In this document: one piece after another, positions 9,044 through 19,029 of the stretch
Numbering within the stretch: position 1 is the stretch's first letter
Layout: each line of letters opens with the position of its first letter
Source of the DNA: Candidatus Woesearchaeota archaeon
GTDB lineage: Archaea > Nanobdellota > Nanobdellia > Pacearchaeales > GW2011-AR1
DNA length: 64,000 nucleotides
Assembly: GCA_964514585.1 (NCBI GenBank)
Contig: CAZETU010000004.1
Location: 10,031-74,030, forward strand
Direction: 5' to 3'
Translations under genes and position numbers: made by a program
The notes under the pieces: generated by a model
Told to the model about the DNA's origin: nothing
What the model saw: only the letters and a program-made list of their open reading frames with translations
Databases searched by the model: none

Positions 9044-9301
9044 CTAATTAGAAGAAACTTTTCTAGAAACTTTTCTCTTCGAAATAAAATAAATCGCCCA
9101 CAACGTCGCAACAACAACCGGAGGATATAACATGAAACTTATTATCGCACGATTAATAGTAGCCCCACTAACAAGCCTATAAATTCCAAGTGAAAAAATA
9201 AAAACACACCCTATAGTTACTAAAAAAATAATAAACCACAATTCTCCATCGCCACCAGAGCTCAATCTTTCGTCACGCAACTTTTTCATAATAAAACCCA
9301 T
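9044..9301 (-). CDS. small two-TM membrane protein
   Basis: 85 aa with two hydrophobic segments. No motif recognised. Confidence 0.45.
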   Translation of the reverse strand: MGFIMKKLRDERLSSGGDGELWFIIFLVTIGCVFIFSLGIYRLVSGATINRAIISFMLYPPVVVATLWAIYFISKRKVSRKVSSN

Positions 9302-9335
9302 ACTTCAAAACTTATAAAATCTTCCAAACAAAAAA

Positions 9336-10250
9336 CTAAATACCATTCTCACAAGAATAAACGCCATCTATCAGATTTGAATTAGAAGGTATAATATATT
9401 CAATTTCATACTTCTTACAAATAGCCTCAACCAAAGCCGAGCAAACCCTCGCCCCATGCATCCACTTCGGAGATTCTGGCATCATACTCTCTAATTCTTG
9501 AAACTTAATCTTCGAGAAAATTTCCTCATTCTTCATAGCAAAATCAGCAAAACCTATAACACTCGGATGAGCAACATCATCAAAAAAAACATTTTTCACC
9601 AACGGATAATTCGCAAGTTGCATATAATTCAACTCTCCCCCAGTATAAAACGCCTTCAAAACTTTATTATCCAACTCCGGAAGTTCACCCTCAACAAAAT
9701 CAACAATAACTTTTTTATCAATAGAAGAAATCTCATCATTAACACCCAAAAACTTCTTCAACAAAACGCCAACTCCAATATCTACATTCTTCTTTTCAAT
9801 AGACTCACCATTACGCGCAACAACAAATTCAGTAGACCCACCTCCCACATTTATCAAAAGCACAGACTCATCTAAATCAAATTTCCCAAGCAAAGCTTTC
9901 TCTAAATAAAAATTCTCCATCTCATGAGAAATCACATTAAAAGACAACCCAGTTTTTTCATAAATCTTCTTCCCCAGTCTTTTACTAGCTTCAGAACTCA
10001 ACTTTCTAAAAACAGCAGTAGCATATATAGAAACAGAAAACCCAGAATAGGTCTCCTTTAATTCCTGCAAAAATTTAATCAACATTTCTTCATTTTTCAA
10101 ACTTATTCCCTCATCAGAAAAACCTTCATTAAAAAAAATCGACTCTATCTTCTCAAGAGAAAGTATCCCATCCGATGAGACATACACCTTAATCGTAGAG
10201 GATCCCACATCAATCAAAACCTTTTTATCATCCATAAAAAACAAACACAT
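9336..10250 (-). CDS. Ppx/GppA-like ASKHA-fold phosphatase
   Basis: LIDVGSSTIKVY and INVGGGSTEF phosphate-binding motifs. An alternative start ATG at 10235 (MDDKKVLIDVG) is likely. Confidence 0.6.
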   Translation of the reverse strand: MCLFFMDDKKVLIDVGSSTIKVYVSSDGILSLEKIESIFFNEGFSDEGISLKNEEMLIKFLQELKETYSGFSVSIYATAVFRKLSSEASKRLGKKIYEKTGLSFNVISHEMENFYLEKALLGKFDLDESVLLINVGGGSTEFVVARNGESIEKKNVDIGVGVLLKKFLGVNDEISSIDKKVIVDFVEGELPELDNKVLKAFYTGGELNYMQLANYPLVKNVFFDDVAHPSVIGFADFAMKNEEIFSKIKFQELESMMPESPKWMHGARVCSALVEAICKKYEIEYIIPSNSNLIDGVYSCENGI

Positions 10251-10265
10251 CCAATACTTATAAAA

Positions 10266-11168
10266 TTATTCAACCAACGGCAACTTCATCGCCAAAATCA
10301 AGTGAGTCAAGTCCGTCACGCTCTCAGAAATCTCAAAAAAATACCTCGACAACCTAGAATCCCCTTTTATCTTCCCAGCAACACCCCTAACCTTTCTCCT
10401 AATTTCATAACTTCTATCAATCTCCATAGAATCAAATCTATAAAACAAATCAAAAGAATATTCCAACATCTCCAGGCACAAATCCGCAAGCTTCCTCAAT
10501 TCAGCACTCTTCCTCGGACCCTCTTTAATGTTCATCCTCCACAACCTCAAAATGTTATCCCCAATCCGCTCCAACTCAAAAGAATAAGTAAACAACGCCC
10601 GACCATAAACCGCATCCGCGTAACTCATCTTATTAATCGACCTCTGCAAATATAGACACAACTTATTAATTTCCTTATCCCTCAAATTAAGATCGCACTC
10701 CTTCTCTTTTTCTTCGCCAAAAATATCAGCAATGGCAGATTCAAAAAACAAAATCACCGCTTGAAAAACCCTCTTAAAAACCTCATCCAAATCACTCAAC
10801 GGATTACCCCCAATATCTTTTATCAGATACTTATCTCCGTCCTTATCCACAAGAACATACCCAATCAAAGTATTAAGCGCATTCACAAGCAAAGTTGAAA
10901 TATCCTTCTCACTTGTAATCTCAATTTCATCAACTCCAACAGCATAAAGAGAATTCAAATGCAAAAACACATTCTTAAAATAAAACCCAGACATATCCAC
11001 TTTAGCCCGCTTCTTCTTGGTTCCACCCAAATTAGAAACAATCAAACTCTTACCATCCTCAATCACATCGACCTCTTTCTTCTCGTCAATATCATTTTCC
11101 CGGACCCATTTGATCGGCAAAGTCAAAGTATACGCACTCCCCGCCTGTTTAATCACCTTTCTTTTCAT
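10266..11168 (-). CDS. archaeal-type phosphate uptake regulator (AbrB/SpoVT domain + PhoU domain)
   Basis: N-terminus KVIKQAGSAYTLTLPIKWVRENDI is an AbrB-like swapped hairpin. The C-terminal helical repeats are PhoU-like. Confidence 0.7.
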   Translation of the reverse strand: MKRKVIKQAGSAYTLTLPIKWVRENDIDEKKEVDVIEDGKSLIVSNLGGTKKKRAKVDMSGFYFKNVFLHLNSLYAVGVDEIEITSEKDISTLLVNALNTLIGYVLVDKDGDKYLIKDIGGNPLSDLDEVFKRVFQAVILFFESAIADIFGEEKEKECDLNLRDKEINKLCLYLQRSINKMSYADAVYGRALFTYSFELERIGDNILRLWRMNIKEGPRKSAELRKLADLCLEMLEYSFDLFYRFDSMEIDRSYEIRRKVRGVAGKIKGDSRLSRYFFEISESVTDLTHLILAMKLPLVE

Positions 11169-11235
11169 TTTATATTATATTATTTATATAAATAATATCG
11201 GAAATATATAAGTCTTTCTATGACTAAATACTATT

Positions 11236-11487
11236 ATGACAGACGAAAAAAGATACCTTAAAGGAGAAGAAATTTTGTATAGCGAAGATAATATGGTTCT
11301 TCGAGTAAAAATAATAGAAAATAAATCAACGATCAACCAAGTAGCATATAGACTTGAAATCGTAAAAAATCTAGTACCACATTACATTTTCGGAAAACTA
11401 AAAGTTGGAGGACAGTTTGAATTTTCTAAATTCAGAAGCTCGCCTGGATGCGGAAATTTAAGACAAATTATAGAAGATGGAAACTAA
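11236..11487 (+). CDS. hypothetical protein (83 aa)
   Basis: Its ORF overlaps the PHP gene start by 11 nt. No motif recognised. Confidence 0.4.
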   Translation: MTDEKRYLKGEEILYSEDNMVLRVKIIENKSTINQVAYRLEIVKNLVPHYIFGKLKVGGQFEFSKFRSSPGCGNLRQIIEDGN

Positions 11488-12328
11488 ATATATCGACCTC
11501 CACACCCACACTTGTAATTACTCCGACGGAGATTTAACTCCAAAAGCAATAGCAAAACAGGCGGCACTAAACGGATTAGACATCTTCGCAATCAGCGACC
11601 ATGACAACTACAGAGCATTCTTCGACGCAAAAAACACAGCCGACGCCTATGGAATAATACTCCTACCAGGAACAGAATTCACAACTCCCGATTACCACCT
11701 CCTCGCCCTGAACTACGATCCCACAGACAAAGCATTCCAAGAATTCACAGACCACTCAAGAGCCCTCCAAAGAAACGACTGCGAAAGACGAGTAGAAATC
11801 CTAAGAAACGACGACGTCCCAATAACAATGGGACAAATTGACAAAGAATACCCACTAGCCCGCCTAGGAAAAGGAAACCTAATACAAACCCTTTTCATGA
11901 ACCCCACATGCAAAGAATACATCAGCGCAAGACACCCAAACGAACCAACAAGACAAATCATCAACTACTACTTCGGGGAAACCGGGATCGCAAGCAACCT
12001 AGACCCACGACACGGCGTCACTCCGGCAGAAGCAATTCATGCAACCCACAAAGCAGGAGGAGCCATTGGAATCGCCCACCCCCAAAAAGACGTCGACACT
12101 ATTGCCGAACTTGAAATCCTAATCGACCAAGGAATCGACTTCATAGAAATCCAACCAGACTTCAAAGAAAAATACGACTACTCAAAATTCGAAACATACG
12201 CCAACGACCACGACATCCCAATATCATACGGTTCAGATTACCACGGCCCATCTATGAAACGAAACATGTTAAGCAGAGGAGAAAACGTCTTAACAAAAGG
12301 ACTAGCCAACCTTCTCAAAGTAGCCTAA
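11477..12328 (+). CDS. PHP-domain metal-dependent phosphoesterase (TrpH/YciV-like)
   Basis: IDLHTHTCNYSDG, ISDHD and GIAHP His/Asp motifs of the PHP fold. Confidence 0.8.
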   Translation: METKYIDLHTHTCNYSDGDLTPKAIAKQAALNGLDIFAISDHDNYRAFFDAKNTADAYGIILLPGTEFTTPDYHLLALNYDPTDKAFQEFTDHSRALQRNDCERRVEILRNDDVPITMGQIDKEYPLARLGKGNLIQTLFMNPTCKEYISARHPNEPTRQIINYYFGETGIASNLDPRHGVTPAEAIHATHKAGGAIGIAHPQKDVDTIAELEILIDQGIDFIEIQPDFKEKYDYSKFETYANDHDIPISYGSDYHGPSMKRNMLSRGENVLTKGLANLLKVA

Positions 12329-12362
12329 TAATATTTATATACGACTCTTCCCTCTACCAACA

Positions 12363-15227
12363 ATGACATATGTGAAGAAGATAGTGATGCACGGATTCAA
12401 ATCTTTCGCCAGAAAAACCGAAATTCCACTAGAAAACGCAATGAATGTAATCGTCGGACCAAACGGCTCAGGAAAATCAAACATCACAGACGCACTCTGC
12501 TTCGTTCTAGGAAGACTTTCAATTAAATCAATCCGAGCAGCAAAGGCAGCGAACCTTCTTTTCTCAGGAAACCAGACATACAAGGGTTCCAATGAAGCTT
12601 CAGTAGAATTAATCTTCGACAACTCTGACAAAACTTTCGGAGTCGACGCAAGCGAAGTAACCATTAAAAGAATCGTAAGAAAAAACGGACAATCAATCTA
12701 TAAAATCAACGGCCAAACAAAAACAAGACAAGATTTACTAGAGCTACTTTCCCAAGGCGGAATCGACCCAAATGGATTCAACATCGTCCTTCAAGGCGAA
12801 ATCCAATCTCTAGTCAAAGCAACATCAGAAGAAAGAAGAAAAATAATCGAAGAAGTCGCAGGAATTTCAATTTACGAAACAAGAAAACACAAATCCTTAA
12901 GAGAGCTAGAAAAAACCGAAGAGAAATTAAAAGAAATCTCCGCCGTTCTAAAAGAAAGAGTATCTTATTTAAAAAATCTGGATAAAGAAAGACAAGAAGC
13001 AATATCATACCAAAAACTTGAAAAAACAATAAAAAAATGCAAAGCAACACTTCTCTCAAGAAGCATGAACGAAAAAGAAATTGAAATTTCAAAACTCAAT
13101 AAAGCAATTGAAGAATTCGAAATAGAAATAGAAAAACTAAGAAAATTAATCTATGAAAAAAACGAAGGCGTAGATAAGCTCCAAGACAAAATAGTCGTAG
13201 TTAACAAACAAATCCAATCTTCAACTAGCGAAGAACAAGAAATACTACACAGAGAAATATCAGACCTAAAGGCAGATCTTGCAGGATTAAATGTCAGACG
13301 AGAAAACTTCGAGAACAGAATTATTCAAGGAAAAGAAAAAATAGATGAGCACAAAGAAAAAATCGAAAATCTAAACTTAGAAATATCAAAAATCCAAACC
13401 AGCAGCCCAGAGATTAAAAAACAACAAGAACAACAAAAAATCTTACAAGACAAATTCGACATCCTCGAACAACAAAGAAGAAAATTTTACATGTTAAAAT
13501 CAGAACTCTCAACCCTAGAAAACCAAAAATTCGAAAAAGAAAAAACATTAATCGAATCGAAAAAAGAAGTTCAACTTATCGAACAAAACATAACCTCGCT
13601 ATTTCACGAAATCAAATATGCCAAATCAGTAGAAAAAGTCAAAGAGCTGAAAAAAGAATCTGAAAAAGAGATTGACGAAATTCAAAATAAGATCGCCAAA
13701 TTAGAAGAAGAAATTTTAGAAAAGGAAAAACGCGTAGCCATTCTTGGACAAGATGTCAAAAGAGAAGAAAAATTAAAAGATGACATTACAAAATTAGACA
13801 AATGCCCAGTCTGCAAACAAGATGTTAAAAACGAATACAAAGACGATATTTCCATAAACGCCAATATAAAAATAGACGCAGCCAAAATCGAAATCGAACA
13901 AAGCATGAAAACCAGAGAAGAAAACGCGAAGAAAATCGCTTTACTAAAACAGTCCCGTTCATCCCTAAGAACAAAAATAAACGAATTAGATATCGACCAA
14001 TTCAAACTGCAAAACTCAGAAGAGAAAAAGAAGCAAATTCAAAAAATAACACTTATGCAAGAAGAATCCCAAAAAGAACTCGTAAAAATTAATGAGAAAA
14101 ATCATTCAATACGAGAAGAATTTGAAAAACTAAAAGACATCGAAGAAAAATACGACGACACAAGATTAAAACTGCAAGAACTAAGCTTCGCAGATATGGA
14201 CGTCGACACAGAAATAACAGTCAAACAAAGAGAAGTAAGTAGATTAAGTATGGAACTAAAATCCTCAACAAGAGATATAGAAGATTCAACAGTAGAACTC
14301 AAAAAAATAGAAGTCCTAATTATTGAAAAAGACAAATTAGTTGGCAAAAAAGAAATTGAAGAACAAAAGCTATATGAAAAATTCCAAAAATTCTTCGAAG
14401 AAAGAAACGAAATCCAAGACCAACAAAAAGTCTTAGAAACCGACGTCGTAGGAATGCAACATACAGCAAGAAATTTCGAAGACAAAATAAACCACAACAA
14501 AATCCAAAGAGCCCAATACAAAGCTCAAATAGATTCCATCAAATCAGAACTAACAGAATTTGGCTCTATAGAAATACTAAGTATACCAATAGATCAAATC
14601 AAAGAAAGACTCCAAAAATCTCAATTCAAAATATCAAGATTAGGAAACGTAAATCTAAGAGCCCTAGAAGTTTTCGACAAGGTTGGAGAACAAGTAAAAC
14701 TAATACAAGAAAAAGTTACAATAATCATACAAGAAAAAGAAAAAATTGAAACCATTATAGCAGAAATTGACAAGAAAAAGAAAAAGTCTTTCTTAGGAAC
14801 ACTAGAAGCTGTTAACGAATACTTCACAAGAAATTTCAAACAGCTATCCAGAAAAGGCGAAGTCTTCCTAGAACTAGAAAACAAAAAAGAACCCTTCGAC
14901 GGAGGGCTAAACATTTTAATCAAAGTCTCCCGTGGAAAATACTTCGACATCACAAGCCTATCAGGCGGAGAAAAAACAATGGTAGCCCTAGCCCTAATCT
15001 TCGCGATACAAGAATACAAACCATACTGCTTCTACGTCTTCGACGAAATCGACGCCGCCCTAGACAAACACAACTCAGAACTCCTAGCAGCCCTAATCAA
15101 AAAATACATGACAACCGGCCAATACATCGTAGTAACCCACAACGACACTCTAATCTCAGAAGCCACAAATATCTACGGAGTATCCATGCAAGAAAATATC
15201 TCTAAAATAATTAGCTTGAAACTTTAA
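12363..15227 (+). CDS. SMC-type ATPase with central CxxC zinc hook instead of a hinge (954 aa)
   Basis: SMC-type head: HGFKSFARKTEI..GPNGSGKSNITDALCFVLG, LSGGEKTMVALALIFAIQEYKPYCFYVFDEIDAALD and YGVSMQENISKI. The middle is continuous K/E-rich coiled coil with no Gly-rich hinge. LDKCPVCKQD sits at residues 481-484 of 954. Confidence 0.85.
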   Translation: MTYVKKIVMHGFKSFARKTEIPLENAMNVIVGPNGSGKSNITDALCFVLGRLSIKSIRAAKAANLLFSGNQTYKGSNEASVELIFDNSDKTFGVDASEVTIKRIVRKNGQSIYKINGQTKTRQDLLELLSQGGIDPNGFNIVLQGEIQSLVKATSEERRKIIEEVAGISIYETRKHKSLRELEKTEEKLKEISAVLKERVSYLKNLDKERQEAISYQKLEKTIKKCKATLLSRSMNEKEIEISKLNKAIEEFEIEIEKLRKLIYEKNEGVDKLQDKIVVVNKQIQSSTSEEQEILHREISDLKADLAGLNVRRENFENRIIQGKEKIDEHKEKIENLNLEISKIQTSSPEIKKQQEQQKILQDKFDILEQQRRKFYMLKSELSTLENQKFEKEKTLIESKKEVQLIEQNITSLFHEIKYAKSVEKVKELKKESEKEIDEIQNKIAKLEEEILEKEKRVAILGQDVKREEKLKDDITKLDKCPVCKQDVKNEYKDDISINANIKIDAAKIEIEQSMKTREENAKKIALLKQSRSSLRTKINELDIDQFKLQNSEEKKKQIQKITLMQEESQKELVKINEKNHSIREEFEKLKDIEEKYDDTRLKLQELSFADMDVDTEITVKQREVSRLSMELKSSTRDIEDSTVELKKIEVLIIEKDKLVGKKEIEEQKLYEKFQKFFEERNEIQDQQKVLETDVVGMQHTARNFEDKINHNKIQRAQYKAQIDSIKSELTEFGSIEILSIPIDQIKERLQKSQFKISRLGNVNLRALEVFDKVGEQVKLIQEKVTIIIQEKEKIETIIAEIDKKKKKSFLGTLEAVNEYFTRNFKQLSRKGEVFLELENKKEPFDGGLNILIKVSRGKYFDITSLSGGEKTMVALALIFAIQEYKPYCFYVFDEIDAALDKHNSELLAALIKKYMTTGQYIVVTHNDTLISEATNIYGVSMQENISKIISLKL

Positions 15228-16798
15228 TTACAAAAATCAACAACAAAATACTTAGCAGTTAACTTCTCACCAGTCGCTCTCTCAACCAACTCAGACGAAG
15301 TATACTTGTTCCCAGCCTTAAAAATTTTCTCAATCAAATACTTTGAAACATCCTTGTTTCCAGAATAATCACTATCAAAATCCCCCACATAATTCTCAAC
15401 AATATAATTATGCAACTGACTCGCCATCAACTCCCCAAGCATATAATGATGATAATAAACAGGACAACTCGCCAAATGAACTTTAGAAGCCCAATCTGGC
15501 TTATCACGACTAAAATCAATCAACTGATATTTCTTAACCATGTCCCACCAAAGCTTATTCAAATCTTGATCCGGATTCCTATACAACTCCTGCTCAAAAT
15601 TAAACATAACTAGGCACCACCTACAAAAAACAATCTGTCTCACCCTCAACATCTTACTAATATCTTCTCGAACACCCTCAACATCAGCACCACAATAACT
15701 CTTAATAAAATTAGGGTTCCTTGACTTCCTCCCAAACAACAAGGCAATAGCCTCGGTAGTATATATATTAGGACTATCTCTCAAAAGAAATGAATCGGCC
15801 TCATCATAATTCTTACCATACACCGCATGCCCCAATTCATGCAAAATCGTGTCCATCCACTTTTCATTATTTATCAAATTATTAATCGTCCTAACATCTC
15901 CCTTTCTATCCATATCAATACAACAAGCATGGGGATATTTTCCCTTACGCTCATAAAGATCACTGAACTTAATAATATCGTCAATATCAAACCCCAAACT
16001 TTCATAGTAACTCCTAGCTTTAACTAAAATATCCTCACCATAAAAAGAATCCAAATCAACATCATAAATACTCGGTCCCTCCTGGAAATAAGGATCCTCA
16101 TAATGCCACGGCCGAAGCTCACTCTTGTCAATATCATGCTTAACAGACAAATAATCATTTATCTCCCCCATCAATTTTCTAAATGGAGCATCAGTTTTTT
16201 CCTCAAGCTCATCAAAAACCTTTTTCAACTCATCAATATTTTGTTCTTGAAATTCCAACGACATCAAATAATAATTCTCAAAACCCAAACTCTTAGCAAG
16301 TTTATTCCTCAACTTAATAATCTCAACGATAGGACCACAACAAATCTCCCCTCTTTTCTTGCTAGCCTCCCAAGCCTCTTTTAATTTACCAGAATCTTTC
16401 TCTTTAGACAAAATTTTCTTAATATCATTATCACTAACATCCTCTCCACCAAGACTAGGACGAAAAACATTAAACATCTTTTTCACGGCTCCTTCTTTTC
16501 TAGTAATCTCCTCCACCAAAGCTTTATCTCCAGCTGCCTCCAAACAAAGATTATATAATATTTTCAACTTACGCTTCAACTTAGGCTCCAAACCCTCAAT
16601 TTCCAAAAATTTCTTCACCTTCCCAAAATCATCAGAATTATTAAAAAAATTCTTAATCTTCAAGTCCGCCTCAGTATACGCCTCATACTTTTCATCCTCA
16701 CCACTCAAAACAGCATCCCAATAAGAACAAGTCTCACCACGATACAACTCCCCATAACCTCGTTCTTTCTCATCAACAAAAGCACCAGAGTCTTCCAT
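15224..16798 (-). CDS. gluzincin metallopeptidase (M2/M3-like)
   Basis: HELGH followed about 27 residues later by TEAIALLFG (HExxH...E). I cannot separate the M2 and M3 families by eye. Confidence 0.6.
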   Translation of the reverse strand: MEDSGAFVDEKERGYGELYRGETCSYWDAVLSGEDEKYEAYTEADLKIKNFFNNSDDFGKVKKFLEIEGLEPKLKRKLKILYNLCLEAAGDKALVEEITRKEGAVKKMFNVFRPSLGGEDVSDNDIKKILSKEKDSGKLKEAWEASKKRGEICCGPIVEIIKLRNKLAKSLGFENYYLMSLEFQEQNIDELKKVFDELEEKTDAPFRKLMGEINDYLSVKHDIDKSELRPWHYEDPYFQEGPSIYDVDLDSFYGEDILVKARSYYESLGFDIDDIIKFSDLYERKGKYPHACCIDMDRKGDVRTINNLINNEKWMDTILHELGHAVYGKNYDEADSFLLRDSPNIYTTEAIALLFGRKSRNPNFIKSYCGADVEGVREDISKMLRVRQIVFCRWCLVMFNFEQELYRNPDQDLNKLWWDMVKKYQLIDFSRDKPDWASKVHLASCPVYYHHYMLGELMASQLHNYIVENYVGDFDSDYSGNKDVSKYLIEKIFKAGNKYTSSELVERATGEKLTAKYFVVDFCN

Positions 16799-16868
16799 AT
16801 ATAAACAAGAATAATTATAATTTATATGTCTATCCCCCTACCATAATAACTACAAAAATCTTCTAATT

Positions 16869-17351
16869 TTAAACTCTAGCCCAATATTTTTTAGCCCCAT
16901 GTTTCTTTAAGAAACCATAGCCCTTGCTTGACCAATAACCAGGATTTGTAACATTAGATAAATAAATTCTTTCTTCACATCCAAGCCTCTCACCTAGAAC
17001 ATGCATCAAATCAAACAGCATGTCTCCACTCTTACCATCCCCTCTTTGTGCACGACGAAGTTCATACCAACAAACACACATAGCAGGATTAGATAAACGA
17101 TAAAGAAATTCAACCGAAGTACAATCAAGGGGCCAAATAGGATTGTGCTTCATCGGTACAATAAAATCTTCAACAATAATCGAATTTTCAATAACTTCAG
17201 AATCTGGCCACCATCGTTCATAAAATCCCTTATCTCGATTTCTTTCATTAACACTTATTTTAACAATTGGAGAGTGAAAATTGATTTTTAAACCAAGGAA
17301 ATCTTCATTAACTCTTTCTATAATCCCTCTAATGTCTTCTATATCTCTCAT
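16869..17351 (-). CDS. hypothetical protein, weak GNAT-like motif
   Basis: RRAQRGDGKSGDML loosely resembles GNAT motif A. This is weak evidence. Confidence 0.3.
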   Translation of the reverse strand: MRDIEDIRGIIERVNEDFLGLKINFHSPIVKISVNERNRDKGFYERWWPDSEVIENSIIVEDFIVPMKHNPIWPLDCTSVEFLYRLSNPAMCVCWYELRRAQRGDGKSGDMLFDLMHVLGERLGCEERIYLSNVTNPGYWSSKGYGFLKKHGAKKYWARV

Positions 17352-17430
17352 TATAAAAAATAAAAACCACCCCTACTTTCTCTTTCAACCTTTCTCTTTC
17401 AAATAAAAAATAAAATAAAATTTAAACTAA

Positions 17431-18630
17431 TTAATAATAACTAGTTTCTACTTCTTCCATTGGCTTTTCTTTTCGAGTAAGAAGGACAATTAAAACTGCA
17501 AGGAGTACAACAAAGATAATCACAAGGATTACTGTTAAAGCAACAACAGATGACGAGACATTAGTCCCAACAACGTTAGCTCCGAAAACAGCTTGTTTAC
17601 CGTCAACATCTACAGAGAAAGTATAAGTTCCAATTGCAGCATCATCGTCTGCAGTAACTGTTATAGAAACTGTTTCGCTAGCATCTGGGCCAACAGTAAC
17701 TACTGAAGGAGCCGATACGCTCAAAACATCTCCGGAAACAGCACTAATCTGGAAAACCTTAACATTATCTGCCGAGTTAACAATAACCAATTCATAAGTT
17801 ACTGTTTCTCCTGCGTTTAAGTCCTTACTTTTTACAGCCGACAAAACCATAGTAGAAGCCGCATCATCAATACTGATAAGCTTCTTCACAATAGTTTCAG
17901 TGTCTTCATTGTAAACCACGATTTCCATTTCATAAACACCGCTATCAGCGTTCGTTGGAATCTTCAAGTATACAATTTCTTCATGAGAGTCTTCTTCGTG
18001 ATCTTCTTCTCCGTCTTCGATAGGAATCAAGTCTCTAGCATAACCTCGAGTGGAAACACCCAAAGCTGGAATAGAGGCAACAACGTAAACGTCGTCCATC
18101 CTATTGTAACCATTGTTCTTTATAACAATAGAAACAGGAATAACTTCTCCGCCTTGAACTTTAGAAGTATAGTCAACAGATAAGATTTCAAGAGTATATG
18201 ATTCTCTCTGCATCTTAACAGTATAGTCAACTTCAGATCTATCGTTCTTAGAAACAACTTCAACATAAAGAGTATATTCTTCAGATAAGTCGTTAGCGTC
18301 AGAAGGAAGTCTCAAAGATAAAAGCTTAGTATATGTTGTACCATCTTCGATATCGAATCTAGTAGTAGAAGCCGAAACATCGTCCCGGTGACCTTCCATA
18401 TATACCTTAACTTTAACGTCACTCATGTCTTTACTCGCGTCGAAAATAACCTTAACGGGGACTGTACCTGAAACGTCACCAGCCATATTAGTATTTTGAT
18501 TTAACCAAACTCCATTGAATTCGGTATCAATACCAGTAACCAGTTCGTCAGCAGAGGCAAAGCCTACAACCATCAAAGTTAAAACTGCAATAAAAGCAAC
18601 CAAAAGCACATTTCTTTTCATATTTTTCAT
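17431..18630 (-). CDS. cell-surface (S-layer-like) protein with signal peptide and C-terminal TM anchor
   Basis: Start trimmed to MKNMKRNVLLVAFIAVLTLMVVGFASA. The body is beta-rich and Thr/Val/Ser-rich, and the C-terminal helix is VVALTVILVIIFVVLLAVLIVLL. Confidence 0.6.
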   Translation of the reverse strand: MKNMKRNVLLVAFIAVLTLMVVGFASADELVTGIDTEFNGVWLNQNTNMAGDVSGTVPVKVIFDASKDMSDVKVKVYMEGHRDDVSASTTRFDIEDGTTYTKLLSLRLPSDANDLSEEYTLYVEVVSKNDRSEVDYTVKMQRESYTLEILSVDYTSKVQGGEVIPVSIVIKNNGYNRMDDVYVVASIPALGVSTRGYARDLIPIEDGEEDHEEDSHEEIVYLKIPTNADSGVYEMEIVVYNEDTETIVKKLISIDDAASTMVLSAVKSKDLNAGETVTYELVIVNSADNVKVFQISAVSGDVLSVSAPSVVTVGPDASETVSITVTADDDAAIGTYTFSVDVDGKQAVFGANVVGTNVSSSVVALTVILVIIFVVLLAVLIVLLTRKEKPMEEVETSYY

Positions 18631-18761
18631 TTTGAATTTAGTTAAAATTGAAACAAATGAAAAGTATATAAAGCTTACCATTGTTGTAATTCCAGAAGGA
18701 CGAAAACACTTAAAAAGTATACTGAAGTATACAATATGTCACAAAAGATAGTAATAAAAAA

Positions 18762-19028
18762 ATGGCTAAAAAAAACAACCCCGAAGGAAAGATAACAACA
18801 ATAAAACTCTTAGATGAGACTAAACTTCGTATCGAGAAATTACGAGAACACAAGAGAGAATCCTACGATGATATCCTAAGAAAAATACTATATGTTCTAA
18901 ATGTAGCCAGAGAAAGCCCAGAGAAAGCAAAAAGAGTTTTAGAAAGAATTGGGGAACTTCGAAATAGAATGCTTGAGGAAGAAAAACAGCTCAAAGAAGA
19001 CCTGAAAAAAGAAAAAGAGATGGAATAA
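18762..19028 (+). CDS. VapB/DUF217-like ribbon-helix-helix-type small protein
   Basis: KITTIKLLDETKLRIEKLREHKRESYDDILRKIL matches the pattern of archaeal putative antitoxins (tItl.de.y..L..lk...eSfsdvi..l). Confidence 0.45.
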   Translation: MAKKNNPEGKITTIKLLDETKLRIEKLREHKRESYDDILRKILYVLNVARESPEKAKRVLERIGELRNRMLEEEKQLKEDLKKEKEME

Positions 19029-19029
19029 A

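Noticed and set aside
12335-12664. 109-aa minus-strand ORF overlapping the SMC start.
   Set aside because: It is antisense to the most conserved part of the SMC head (Walker A region). No motif is present and the composition is atypical.
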